A DNA stretch of 64,000 nt from Phoronis australis (lineage: Eukaryota; Animalia; Phoronida): the NCBI GenBank assembly GCA_002633005.1, contig NMRA01000537.1, positions 124,001-188,000 on the forward strand. Reading direction: 5' to 3'. The position numbers were made by a program, and so were the translations under genes. A model generated the notes under the pieces. It made no database searches and had not been told where the DNA came from. It saw only the letters and a list, made by a program, of their open reading frames with translations. This document shows positions 26,464 to 39,400 of the stretch, in pieces; within the stretch, counting starts at the first letter, position 1, and every line of letters begins with the position of its first letter.

Positions 26464-29400
26464 GTAAGTGCTGCATAACGTATAAATGAAGCAACATGTT
26501 TATTTTAACCACTATTTCCAGGTTCTATGTAGACATCGTTTTAACAAAGTTGCAAGTTAATTAATTCGTTTTTAATTTTCTGTGGATTTTTTGTCGAGAA
26601 AAAAGACTCGCTCAATTTTCCACGTTACTGAACTGCTGTGCATGTAAGTGCAATTTATGTTAGAGAAATGTGCAAGGCGAATCCAGAGTAAGGGGCCAGT
26701 GTCCGGTTGCATGAAACAGTCCCAAATAGGAACTCGACCAAGTTCTCTAAATCTACTGTGTATTTATGGGCTTGTGAAAACACTGATTGTCCTTTCTTAT
26801 GCTGTTTGAGTATCATTACTTTGCTAATTTTTGGCTTTGCTACAAATCGACAGTGAAATCTAAGTCGAATTCTCAATATTACTGAAAATAATTAGGGATC
26901 TTTTCATGCAACGCCCCTAATTTTAGGACTAAGTCCCTAATTGTTCAGAGCTATGAATTGTGTATTCGCGCCTTTTGTCTCGTTTTCTCGGACTTTTTGT
27001 TTCTCTGAGGAGTACCTTTTTGTCCATTTCGCCAAATGGGGGGCTTCTTCGAGCCCCCACGAGACCCCCTGGATGCGCGCATGGAGAAGAAGTGTTTCCT
27101 GAGTTTGCAAAAAGAGGTGGAAGATGGCTATTTGTTGAGTCCGTGCAAGGCAAATAAAACGGGCCGCCGTGACCAGCCAACTTGTGGTGGAGACTAGTCT
27201 TCGAAAATTTAGCGAACAGCCAACTGTCAGTTCTTTTGAATTTCTGAAATCACCTCTTATTTGACCAGGAACAATTTGAGACCAATTTCTTAACGAGAAG
27301 TGGACCAAATCAAAAGTTTTGTTTCTAAACAAGACTGGTTTTCATCCCACTTAATGAGTCCTTGATTTTTTCATACCGTGCTTATACCACTTCTCGGTGC
27401 ATGTTTGTTGCCACAAAGAGAGTTGAACACGTTAAAAATAATGCAACATCGAAAAAGCCCTAAATTGTAACCTAACAATGACACGCTGTTGTTTATGTTG
27501 CTGATTAAAAGATATGGATCCCATCTCCATACACTTTGTTCAAATCAAGTAGCCGTAGCACCCGTGGACGATAAGAGTACATTGTCCGCTCCCGTGGCAC
27601 GCCTTCCACTGATTGGTAAGCGTTCTACAACCCGTGGCATGAGCGGCGCACCCCACTTTTTTCAGTGCTGCGCAGCCCATGCATGGTAAGCGTTCTGCCC
27701 CATGGTAAGTATTATATGGACAGTGGTAAACGTTCTGTCTCGTGACAAATTTTCTGCAGTGCGTGGTAAATGTTCCGCTCAGTGGCAAATCTTCTGCACT
27801 CCGTGGTTTGCGTTCCGCTCCTTGGTAAGCGTTCTGCAGTCAGTTGTAAGCGTTCTGCTCCATCGCAAATTTCCTGCAGTGCGCGGTAAGTGTTCCGCAT
27901 AGTAAGTGTTCTTCAGTCCGTGGTAAGCATTCCGCTCAACGGTGTAGCCCTAATTGCTCGGGGTACAGTACTTAAACGGTGGGTGCAGCTAGAGAGTGGA
28001 CTCGAGGAAAGGTCCCCTTTGAACGGACCTTCGCTTTCTTCGAGGGATTTGTACTGTAAACATTGCCTTTTGTGGGGATATATTCCATTAACATAACCGT
28101 TCCACAAAAATTTGGTGTTACGCTCTGCGTCAATTTCACAATTACTGAATAAAGGTCTGGCAATGTAACTGTTAGTGCAAAACAACATTGTCGCAGTAAA
28201 TAGCAGTTATGGCTATATTGTCTGAAGCTTTGTACTTTTACTGCAAGAGATTTAATCATTTTTCAAAAATAACTGTGTGGAGCGCAAGACCACATTTTAA
28301 CTTAGCTAACGGGTTGGGTCAGGTTCGTCGGCAGTTTTGTGGAATAAATGTAAAGTGATTGACAGGAATGGTCTTCAGTACTTCCTTGAAGTTGCTTTGA
28401 GTCCAGAAATTGGGCCTCTGCTCTTATCTACCCGGATACGGAAGTCCCGCCATTTTCAGAGCACATCTTTGTTCAGTGAATAAATTTTTGGCGCGAATCC
28501 AGACAACCTTCAGACAAGTGGAAACTGTTAAAAACCTGTTAATTAATGACAGATTTTTACGTAAATTTCTGTAATCTAATGTGCGAGGCATTCGGGTTTT
28601 TGTCCCCTCTCTTGCACTAGAGCTGTCGTGAATTCATGATTTTAGCTACAAAAAGCTCAAAATTGTAATTTTTTTATCATTTCGGCATCAGCATTTTTTC
28701 CGTTGAACGTAGCATAGCAAAATGACATAGCTTTGTTAAATTTCTTTATTTTTGAAAAACCCTGTCGAGTGTGCTTTATATAAGTTATGCTTTCTTAAAT
28801 GTCTTGAAACAGGGGATTGCAAACAAGGGCTTTTATTGACCCAGACAAGTGAAACTTTAAAATCAGCCACTCGAACTGTGGTCTTTGCCTTTTTGCATGA
28901 AACCCCTGGGCCCGGTATCTAATCTTTGTTCTCGAAACGAACTCGAATTCAATTTTGGCAATTTATCTGCTACTTTTGTGCGAACTCAAGATAAGTGGTC
29001 ATTAGACTGTGCTCGAATACATTTTAGTTTACCCATGTAAGTTTGTAGTCCAAGTTTGCACTTGATCACCCTTATATTCGTGCTACAAACTCGAGTAAAA
29101 TCTCGAAATTTAGAGTTTCAACTCGAACTTCTAGCCTTAATGTTGGGTTTATCAACTGCAAACTAGGACTAAAAATTATCCACGTAAGTCATTATGTACT
29201 CGAGCATAGAATAATAGGCACTTATCTTGAGTTCGCACGAAAGTAGAGTAGAAATTGCCAAACATAATTTTGAGTTCCTTATCGAGTAAAAAGATTACTG
29301 GGCGCAGGCGTCGTTAACCTCATTCATAAGTCACGTGTTTATGTCTCTACGTGTGGTAAAATTGAGCAAAAATAAAGATACGTTCATACTAAAACAACGG

Positions 29401-32400
29401 TTATCAAACCTATGATCGTATTTAATTTGATATAAATGTTCAAAAACTCTGTTAGAGTTTTCTAAATTATATAAATATGTAATGTGGCCAACAGGTGGCT
29501 TGCTAACCAGACTTAAAAATGTTTGCGAGTTTTCTAAATTATCATTTCGTTATTCGTTTTATGCAACTTTTGAGTATCATCATTAAAATCTTTTCAAAAG
29601 CTCTTATTTTTGATAGACCTACATGGAGAAATGGAACACTTTAAAAACAATTCCAATCAGAGTTTTGTAGAGGAATGCATAACGCAACGTAGCCGGTTGT
29701 TTCATATGAATCTCATCAGCCAATTAATTTTTAAGACATCATGTTGCGAAGTTAGCCAAATTTGTACACTATTCTAGCGTCCGTCATAACCTTAAAACTA
29801 AAGCTAATTTTCTTTTTCAACTCACAGTATATCCACTTTTGAATTGCAAAAGATGCCTGAATGAAGGCGAAGAGTCCCGTCGACTTGTTGACGAAAGTTT
29901 TTAAATTTGAGTGTGTCCTTATATGAAGATATGAGACCGTAACCTTATGTTCAGGGTTGTTTATGTGAACAAAGTATAAATTCGAATATGAAATTCAAAA
30001 AACGTCTTGTATTTTTTTTCTTCTATTATTAATTCTGTGCGGAGTGGTTTTAGGTCACTGAAATATAATTATTATTCACAATAATTAACATATTGGTCAT
30101 GGCTGACAAGAAAAATGACGACAAGCTTTACATGTAAGTCCGGAGAAGCGCCGAGGCATATTTTCCAGGTTGTGTGTTCCCCTTACGCATTAGTCCGTTC
30201 GTAAGGGCAAACACTTTACCAAGCTTTCCGGTGTTAATGTTTTCGGCTTTACTCTACGCCTACGTCATGAACAAAATGTTATGGTGGGCCGTTGAGGGGA
30301 AAGTGTGGCCGTAAAATTACGCTCGTAATTACGAGCACTAATTAAATTGAAGGAGTGTCGTCGTACAATTACGCTCGTAAATTAAATGAGGAAAAGTTTC
30401 GCTATAAAATTACGCTCGTAATTACGAGCATAAATTAAATTGCAAAGTGTTGCAGTAAAATTAGGCTCGTAAATTAAATTGGGGAAATGCCGCTGTAAAT
30501 CACGCTTGTAAAATACCTTAAGAACGTTCAAAATTTAAATCAATCAGTGCTAACCTAACATACACGGAAAACCAATTTGGCTACCAATAGACATGGAGAT
30601 GACTTTCTGTTGAATTTGCAGCGAATTGTAAATGGCATGTAGCCGCGATTTGATCCGTCATGATTCAGCGCTCGCAGCGTAGATCACGTAACCTGTCAAT
30701 ATATATTATTTACATGAGCTCACGCGATCGTCATTGGCTAAGAGTTTAAACTAAATTACGAGCATTAATTTACGCCGTAAATAATTAAATTGCGCTCGTA
30801 ATTTTACGGCGTAATTAACGGCGTAAATAACGTCGTAATGTATATAATTACGCTCGTATTTTTCCGGTGACAGTTTCTCCTCAACGGCCCGTCATACAAT
30901 GTATCTCATCTCGTTTCAGTGAGTCACAAGCGCAGTGGTTATGAGTACTACTTCGCCATGACGGAAACAGGTTTTAGAGATGCCCATTACGCCTGCGCGC
31001 AAAAAGGAATGGAGCTGGTAATGCCCAGAGACGGTTCGGAAAACGCCTGGCTTGCTACGGTGATGAGATACGCCACACGAATGGCAAACAAGCCGAGAGG
31101 AACAATTTGGCTGGCTGGTACACTAAAAAGGAGAAAATACGTCAGCAGTTACACAGATCAACCTCTACAGTATACTAGTAAGTTAACAAATCATTTAGCG
31201 TATCTCCGCTGTCCTGCAATGGAATGGGAAAGGTGTTTTGCTTAACGTTGCTTTCTTCAATACTACACGAGACAACATTTTATGACTATTTTACAAAGAA
31301 TGCATATGCAAAAACACATGAATTCGTGAATGAATAGGGAATAAAACCCACATTCAAATATAGGCCAAGGTAGACAGCTGTCTGGTTTCCATTTAGAAGT
31401 AGCGAACACACGTGCATATGCGTAAATGGAAAATTCCCGAGACCTTTTTCTCACTAAAACACCGTAACAACATTTATCTGTTTAATAAGATTGAGGCACG
31501 TATGAGAAGCCTCCAAACACATTGTCAATTTGATGTTCATTCCCCGTGAAGGAGGGTAAAGCTTTAGGATTCAACCCAGCCTTAATGTAATATTTTGACT
31601 ATAGTCTTCATACAACTAGCTGGCTGGTTTGACTCAACCATGCATTTCTTTTTAATTTACGCCCAGGGCTTCGTTTCATGAAGCTATTTTAGGCGTAAAG
31701 ATGCTATGTCTCATATTAAAAACCGCGAATATTTAAATTTGTACCACGGGCCAACTGTGCTTACAAGTATAATCAGGAAAAGAAACAAATTGTAAATAAA
31801 TTGTGGTTTTAAAGAAAACACCACAACTGATACACTTAAAAATAAGAGTGAATATATAAAAACACAGTAATTCCAAATATTACACAATCTTTCTTTGATA
31901 ATGAAATAAACAAATAATAAAGCCTGTGTCTTGTTTCATTCGGGTAACGATGAAACATTAGCATACTCATTTACATAAAAATAGTCTCCAAAAACCAGAC
32001 TTTTGCGAGATTGTAATGGTAATTGGCTCTCGTATGGTTTCCGGCACAACGAAAGACCAGAGGTTAGTTGTAAACTTGTAAATTAGATTGACTGTAATAA
32101 CAATTCTGCAATTCCGCTACATGTCACGTGACGCTTTGAACAATGCTGATGACGTCATGACAGCAATCAAGCTTTAGATTTAAACTTCCATGACGCAGAG
32201 CCCTTGGCGTGCGCATCTAAAGATGGGCTGGTCTGCAGAGAACTCCGGTAGTGAGTGAAATTGTGTCAGGGCCTTTCTCAGCGTTATTCAAGAAATGACC
32301 TGCCTATGCAGCGAACTTCAAGACCTTGGGCACTGCTACAGTATTAAATAACTTGCTATGAACTTCAATCATCATGGCTATGCAAACTGGGTGATCGTGT

Positions 32401-34957
32401 GCATTATAATGGAATACGTGACATCAGAAACGACTGATGAGAATACATTGTATTTTAATATCCCGCAAACATAAACAACTCTCCCGTTGTCAAAAATTGG
32501 GTACAATTCGCGAATAGTAGAGCCGTGTTAACTGGTGAAATTCTTATTTTAGCTCACCAAATCGGCATAAAAGGCTTCGTTTTGCATTAAATGTATGGTT
32601 CGCTCGCAAAACTCCCTCACGTGATAACTAGTGTATCTGGAAGCTTCTCCTATGGTTGCGCCGTCTGGTGATCAAACCACTTACACTACTGTATCTTCCA
32701 ACTTTAAAATGCGCGGGAAAGCCCAAGTGACAGATACACTGTTTCAGTTATCCAGTTCAGTGACAGTCGTAGCATCCTTTGGAGGACCATTCCTCTCTTC
32801 GTCTGTTGTAGAGAAAGCTCCAACATTAACGACTTTCACAGGGCAGCCAGTTTAGACCATTCTGAGAAAGTGAGAACTGTGACACGGTAGTAACAGTTAT
32901 TCAACTACTACATCAGGGTGATATGAACCAGCAACGAGACTCTAATGCTTGATCGGGAAGGTTGGCCATGTAGGAGTGCTGAATCCGTGCAAGAATAACG
33001 CAGACGTCTGTCAACAGGATTTCTAAACGTCGCAATTAATTAATGGCACAAAACACCAAGGAAATACACTAATAACTCTTAGACATCATTGGCGCAACGA
33101 ATGGGCTTGGCTTGTCCCTACAACATAACAAATAGCGTTAAAGCATCATTCAGAGGAATTTACGACCACGTGCAAAGTGATGGACCGAACGACGAGAGTT
33201 TGAGACTATCGATACCTTCGGGAACCTGAGTACTTCACGTTGAATGTCGGGCAGGAAACTAGTGTTCCACTGTATGTTTTCAGATCAGATCGTTTTTAGA
33301 ATCGTCTTCCCTCTCTGAGTAGAAATCTGAAGCTGCGAAGATACGATTTCTGAATGGGCTCCACTGTCTTTTGGAGAAGATACTACAAGCTCCTTTATGC
33401 ATTTCAGAGTACCCCGTCCGACTCTAACTCAAATAACCATTCTCTAAGGACTTCTAAAAGCTACTTGTTTGCAAAGGAATGGGAAATATAGCACTCAATA
33501 GAACTCGGGTTTTTGGCGTTTCCTAAATATCTTGCAGATACTGTCTGTCTTTGGAATGAAGAATGATTTCTGCATATGTTCAGTAAGTGGATAGAGTCCT
33601 GTCTGGAACTTCAGTAGAGGTCAGTGTACTTGTATAATGGATCAGCGTCCAAACAGTCGCTCGTGGACGTCTCACCAGAGTGCCCACGCATTGAATACAA
33701 TACATACGCCGTTGTTCTCGCTTGCAGGACTCATAGTGAATCATGTGACATCCTGGAGAATGATTGGTCTTAATGACGGATATGGGAGGAGTTATCCATC
33801 TTGATTCACAAGCTGTTGAGGCATCTTCACCAGAGGATAATCATTCTAATTGAGAAATGCCCGTATTCGCTTTTCTGAGTAGCTGTTGAACTGCAGCTGA
33901 TTGGTTTGCAAATGAGCACTAGTCACCTTTGCACGGAAGAGGGACTTCGTTTCCACCGTTCTTGAGTGGTGTTGTCTGAGAATATTCCCGTTGCGCACCT
34001 GTAAGGATAGCACCTGCATTCAAAAACGTAGTTTTAGGTATTTTCTGGCGGTACCGTGCACATGAACGTCTGGGGATGCAGTTAATACTTCTACGGAAGG
34101 GAGCTCCACCCCCTCCTTTTGGCGAAGGGGGCAAAAAGGTCCGCCTCAGAGAAACAAAAAGTCCGAAAATGTAGAAAACAAGACAAACAAAAGTTCAAGT
34201 AAAAGGCAGGAACTACCAAAATTCGGCGAATGCACAACTCATAGCTCTGAACGTACCCCGTATTTTTTGTAAAAGGTTGACGTTCCCAAAAATTGAGCCC
34301 CCCCCATTCGTAAGCTGGGTGCGCCCATGGGTTGTTAGGTTATATATTGTGGCATTTGGCATATAGTGTCGCCCGCACGACAATATGTGTCGAGTGTGAC
34401 TATATATGTTGCAAACACAATGCCCACAGTCGCGCCTGCAGTAAGAAACACAAGGTTTTTAGTTTTGGCGTGATGCAGTAGACTACGTCTCTACGCATCA
34501 GCGTTTTAACACTGGACTGAGCATCGCAGAGCTGAGTCTCAAGATCTCGCTAACTTTTTCAATTCAATCACTTCTATAGCAAAACTCCTCAAAATGGGTA
34601 TCGTAATATGGCAGCTTACGAGTCCTGTGTATGCTAAGCTCAAAGCCTGAGGCCAAAGCGCCGTACCACTTTCGCGAATATGTGTCGCTCATTAAATTCC
34701 CATTACGAGCGTCTCACAAACACCCTCCATTGTTACGACAGAAGGCGCCACATCTAGCGTGGGTTAAGACAAGTGGAAGACGCAATAGAATTGAAGTCGT
34801 GAGACCAACACAGCTAGTCTTCCTTCATGATGTGTGTACATATGTGCCAGTGTAATGACAAGACTACTGTGCAGTAACAATGCAACTAATGTAATTAGTG
34901 TAATAATGATTATAACTTAATCTTTATTCCTGATACTATTACCATTATTAAGAGTAC

Positions 34958-34988
<31 letters not shown>

Positions 34989-35057
34989 GTTATTATTATT
35001 ATTGTTATCGTTATTGTTATTATTATCGTTAATATCATTATTATCGTTATTTTGTTA

Positions 35058-35142
<85 letters not shown>

Positions 35143-36066
35143 CGTTAATATCATTATTATTGTTGTTGTTCCTGGGTTTTCTTCAATTTTATTCATATTC
35201 TTATTCTTCTTATTCTTCTTCCGACCAACTTTGAGGCTTAATAACTCCAAATTGGGTGCAGGTACGGTCTTTAAATTCAGCATATGACTTTTGACAGTAT
35301 ATAAATTTTGATTGGTTATATAATCATATTCCATATTGCACCGGAAGAGGTCGTTTGGTGCAAAGGTCATATCATTTTCAAAATGCTACTCCTCCTTCAG
35401 TTTTAAAGCTATCTTTTTCAAATTCGGTGCACAGGTATAAGTCAACATGACAATTTAAAAAATTACTTTTCTAAGTAATCGGGTCATCCAATCAGGTGAA
35501 ATAGGTCAAAGGTCATTAGGTACAAACTAAAATTTTGAGCTAGACACTTCAAATTGACAGGTCTGATTGCTACTGGTAAATCAAATAGGAATCCAAAGTT
35601 TCAGGTCATTTAGTGCAAACATGGGGTCACTAGGTGCATTTTTCTTCTGAAAATTTGACCTTTTCAATCAACAAGTATTCTGATGTGTCAACCGTTAGAC
35701 AACTGTGATTCTCAGCGTTAAACACATTTTCCTTGGGCTTTGCAATAATTCTAAAGATGCTTAAAATGCACCGGATAAGGTCAATTAGTGCAAAGGTCAT
35801 GTAACGTTCAACATGTTATATCTCTTACGTTTTTCAAGGAAATATTTTCAATTTCAGCACACTGGTGTAAGTCAACATGCCAAGTTAATATGTAATTTCT
35901 CCTACAATTTTAAAGAATTCCTTTTCATATTGATAAACGGGTTGCTGTCAGTAACTTCCCTTAATAATTCTAGTAATACGCACGCGCAGAGTCCGAAATT
36001 GTCACGCCGTGACAATAAACTTTCTAGTTATTATTATTATTATTATCGTTAATATCATTATTATTG

Positions 36067-36097
<31 letters not shown>

Positions 36098-36117
36098 CGT
36101 TAATATCATTATTGTTG

Positions 36118-36148
<31 letters not shown>

Positions 36149-36375
36149 TATTATCATTATCATTATTATTATTATCGTTAATATCATTATTGTTATTATT
36201 AATATTATTATTATTATTATTATTATTATTATCGTTGGTAACATTATTATCGTTATTATTGTTATCATTATTGTCATTGTTATTATTATCATTATAAATA
36301 TTAATATTATTATCATCATTGTCGTAAATATCATTATTACCATTATTATCATTATCATCATCATCATCATCATCA

Positions 36376-36407
<32 letters not shown>

Positions 36408-39400
36408 GTGTTTATTCTCCGCCTGCTATTTACAATTAAATACGTTTCTTCTTCTTTAGATTTTCGCGAACACCCTAACTTATGGAGTATCATCCCGAGG
36501 TGTTCTTCCTTGTACACGCAACTCCTATGGGACGACAAGTCTTCTAGAAACGTTGCTGGGTTGTGGTCCGATGAATGTTGTACCGATAAGAAATATTATA
36601 TTTGCAAAAAAGGTGAGATCAAATATCATGCTTGGTTTGTTCAAGATTCACGTTAAAATACACATATATGAAGAGTCAAATTTCTGTATTTACTAACACT
36701 TTTCCTCGGTGAAATTAGAAATACAACTGATTTAATTTAAGTCCCTGGAAGAGCTTTTCATTGGTGCGGTTGTTCATTAATGTGGACACAATAGAAATCA
36801 CCACCCAATACGTTGTGGTACCTCAAACTCTAGCGGAGGTTCTACCGAATATATGCTCTAGCCGAATGAACTTATCAATTCACCGTCACCTCGTGCCTGG
36901 GACTCGCACACACCGCGTGCCGTGTTAAAAAATCACTCACCGTGTTTGTGACTCAAGAGCTGTGTTTTGGATAGGCAAGGCTCAGAAATAATGTCTGTTT
37001 TGACTAAGAAACAATTTGCGACCAATTTCATGGCGAAAATTTGATTTTTATGCCAGAAGGCGGGTTTATATGGCTTTAATAGAATCCAGTCACATTGAAA
37101 AACTCTTTCGCCACTCAGTCGCTCCATAATATCCGCCAGTGGCTGTACTTGTTGACTGACTTCGCCGGCTCCGCCGGATCAAACAACCATATCATCTGAT
37201 CTGTGTATAAGCCGGATGTCGTCATGAAAAACCAATCTGGCATTTTGCCGCTTGACCCGGAGAAACCGGCGAAGTCAATCGAGTGCAACCAATGTACCAA
37301 CTTTAAGTTGTGGAGACTTTCACGGGAGATTTCCTTCCGTGGCGGCACAGATGGTAGACAACAAATTCGCAATTCAGATATATTCTTTTGGAATTCTCAG
37401 AGGAGGGACCATAATAAACGTTAGAAGTATTGAGGACGGGAATGATGTCCATTTACTTTCTCTTTATCCATTGTGGCACACGGTTTCCTGTCCGTTCTAT
37501 AACTCATCCCTGTTAGACCCCAATACTGATGTTGCGAGGGAAAATGTTATGTTGTGCAGGGTTTCATTGGGGTTCGCAATTGCCACCCGAAGCTCAACAC
37601 GATCGAAATACGAGGATACATTGAAGCACTCGTATTGAGCAGGGTCATGACATTCCCCCCGTCATGTTTTAGCTGTCTTATACTCGTTCTCTCCGTGTTC
37701 CTAGATGCTTCTGAGAAGCGGTCCAACGCTCATTGTTACCTCTTCAAAAACCGATCGCATACGTTGTATTCAAAAACCAAGGTTGGCCCCTCCTTGCTAT
37801 TTACACTTCCTCGACTGGATTCGGTCTAGTAGGCCTATCATTATTGATCTGTTTTAGATATCAACGAATGTGAAGACAACAATGGCGGTTGTGATCACAA
37901 ATGTATCAATACCGACGGGTCGTTCAAGTGTGAGTGTAATACAAGTTACATCATGAAAAACAACAAGTGTGTTATCGACCATCCGTGTCAGCGACTCTCT
38001 CACGGTTGTCAGCATTTTTGTGTGAACACACCTTCGTCTTACGTTTGTCTGTGTAAACCAGGCTACCAACTTGTTGACGGCAAAAATTGCATTGACATCA
38101 ACGAATGCAAGAATGCCAATGGCGGATGCCAACAAAAATGCTTAAATACACCTGGTTCTTTCAAANGCGGCACTGATCGTAGACAACAAATTCGCAATTC
38201 CTATATATTCTTTTGGAATTCTCAGAGGAGGGACCATTATAAACGTTAGAAGTATTGAGGACGGGAATGATGTCCATTTACTTTCTCTTTATCCGTCGTG
38301 GCACACAGTTTCCTGTCCGTTCTATAACTCATCCCTGTTAGACCCCAATACTGATGTTGCGAGGGAAAATGTTATGTTGTGCAGGGTTTCACTGGGGTTC
38401 GCCATTGCCACCCGAAGCTCAACACGATCGAAATACGTATTGAGCAGGGTCATGACATTCCCCCCGTCATGTTTTAGCTGTCTTATACTCGTTCTCTCCG
38501 TGTTCCTAGATGCTTCTGAGAAGCGGTGCAACGCTCATTGTTACATCTTCAAAAACCGATCGCATACGTTGTATTCAAAAACCAAGGTTGGCCCCTCCTT
38601 GCTATTTACACTTCCTCGACTGGATTCGGTCCAGTAGGCCTATCATTATTGATCTGTTTTAGATATCAACGAATGTGAAGACAACAATGGCGGTTGTGAT
38701 CACAAATGTATCAATACCGACGGGTCGTTCAAGTGTGAGTGTAATACAAGTTACATCATGAAAAACAACAAGTGTGTTATCGACCATCCGTGTCAGCGAC
38801 TCTCTCACGGTTGTCAGCATTTTTGTGTGAACACACCTTCGTCTTACGTTTGTCTGTGTAAACCAGGCTACCAACTTGTTGACGGCAAAAATTGCATTGA
38901 CATCAACGAATGCAAGAATGCCAATGGCGGATGCCAACAAAAATGCTTAAATACACCTGGTTCTTTCAAATGTGAATGTGACCCAGGTTACGTTGTGAAA
39001 AACAATACGTGCGTAACCGATAACCATTGCCTGCTACTACGACACAACTGCCAGCATTTTTGTGTCAGCACGCCCTCTTCGTACGTGTGTCTCTGCAAGC
39101 CAGGATACCGACTAGTTCAGGGCAAGAAATGTGAAGATGTCAACGAGTGCAAGACTGGAAATGGTGGCTGTGACCAAACATGTAAAAATACAGTTGGGTC
39201 TTTCAGCTGTAAATGTAAATCTGGTTATAAGATAGTGAATAACACGAAATGTGAAGACGTGAACGAATGTCTTTTGCAAAATGGCGGATGTGACCATGAT
39301 TGTGTTAACACAATTGGATCTTATAGTTGTAAGTGTAGAACTGGTTATAAATTGTCAAAGGGAAAGAAATGTAGAGGCGTGAATGAATGTCTAAAACAAA

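Noticed and set aside
36009-36459. Hydrophobic poly-Ile N-terminus of the 215-aa ORF as a membrane protein
   Set aside because: This is an intronic (TTA)n microsatellite; only 36460-36612 is exon.
37858-38165. Additional EGF exon of gene A
   Set aside because: It ends at an N without a donor site and duplicates 38663-38970; likely an assembly artefact.
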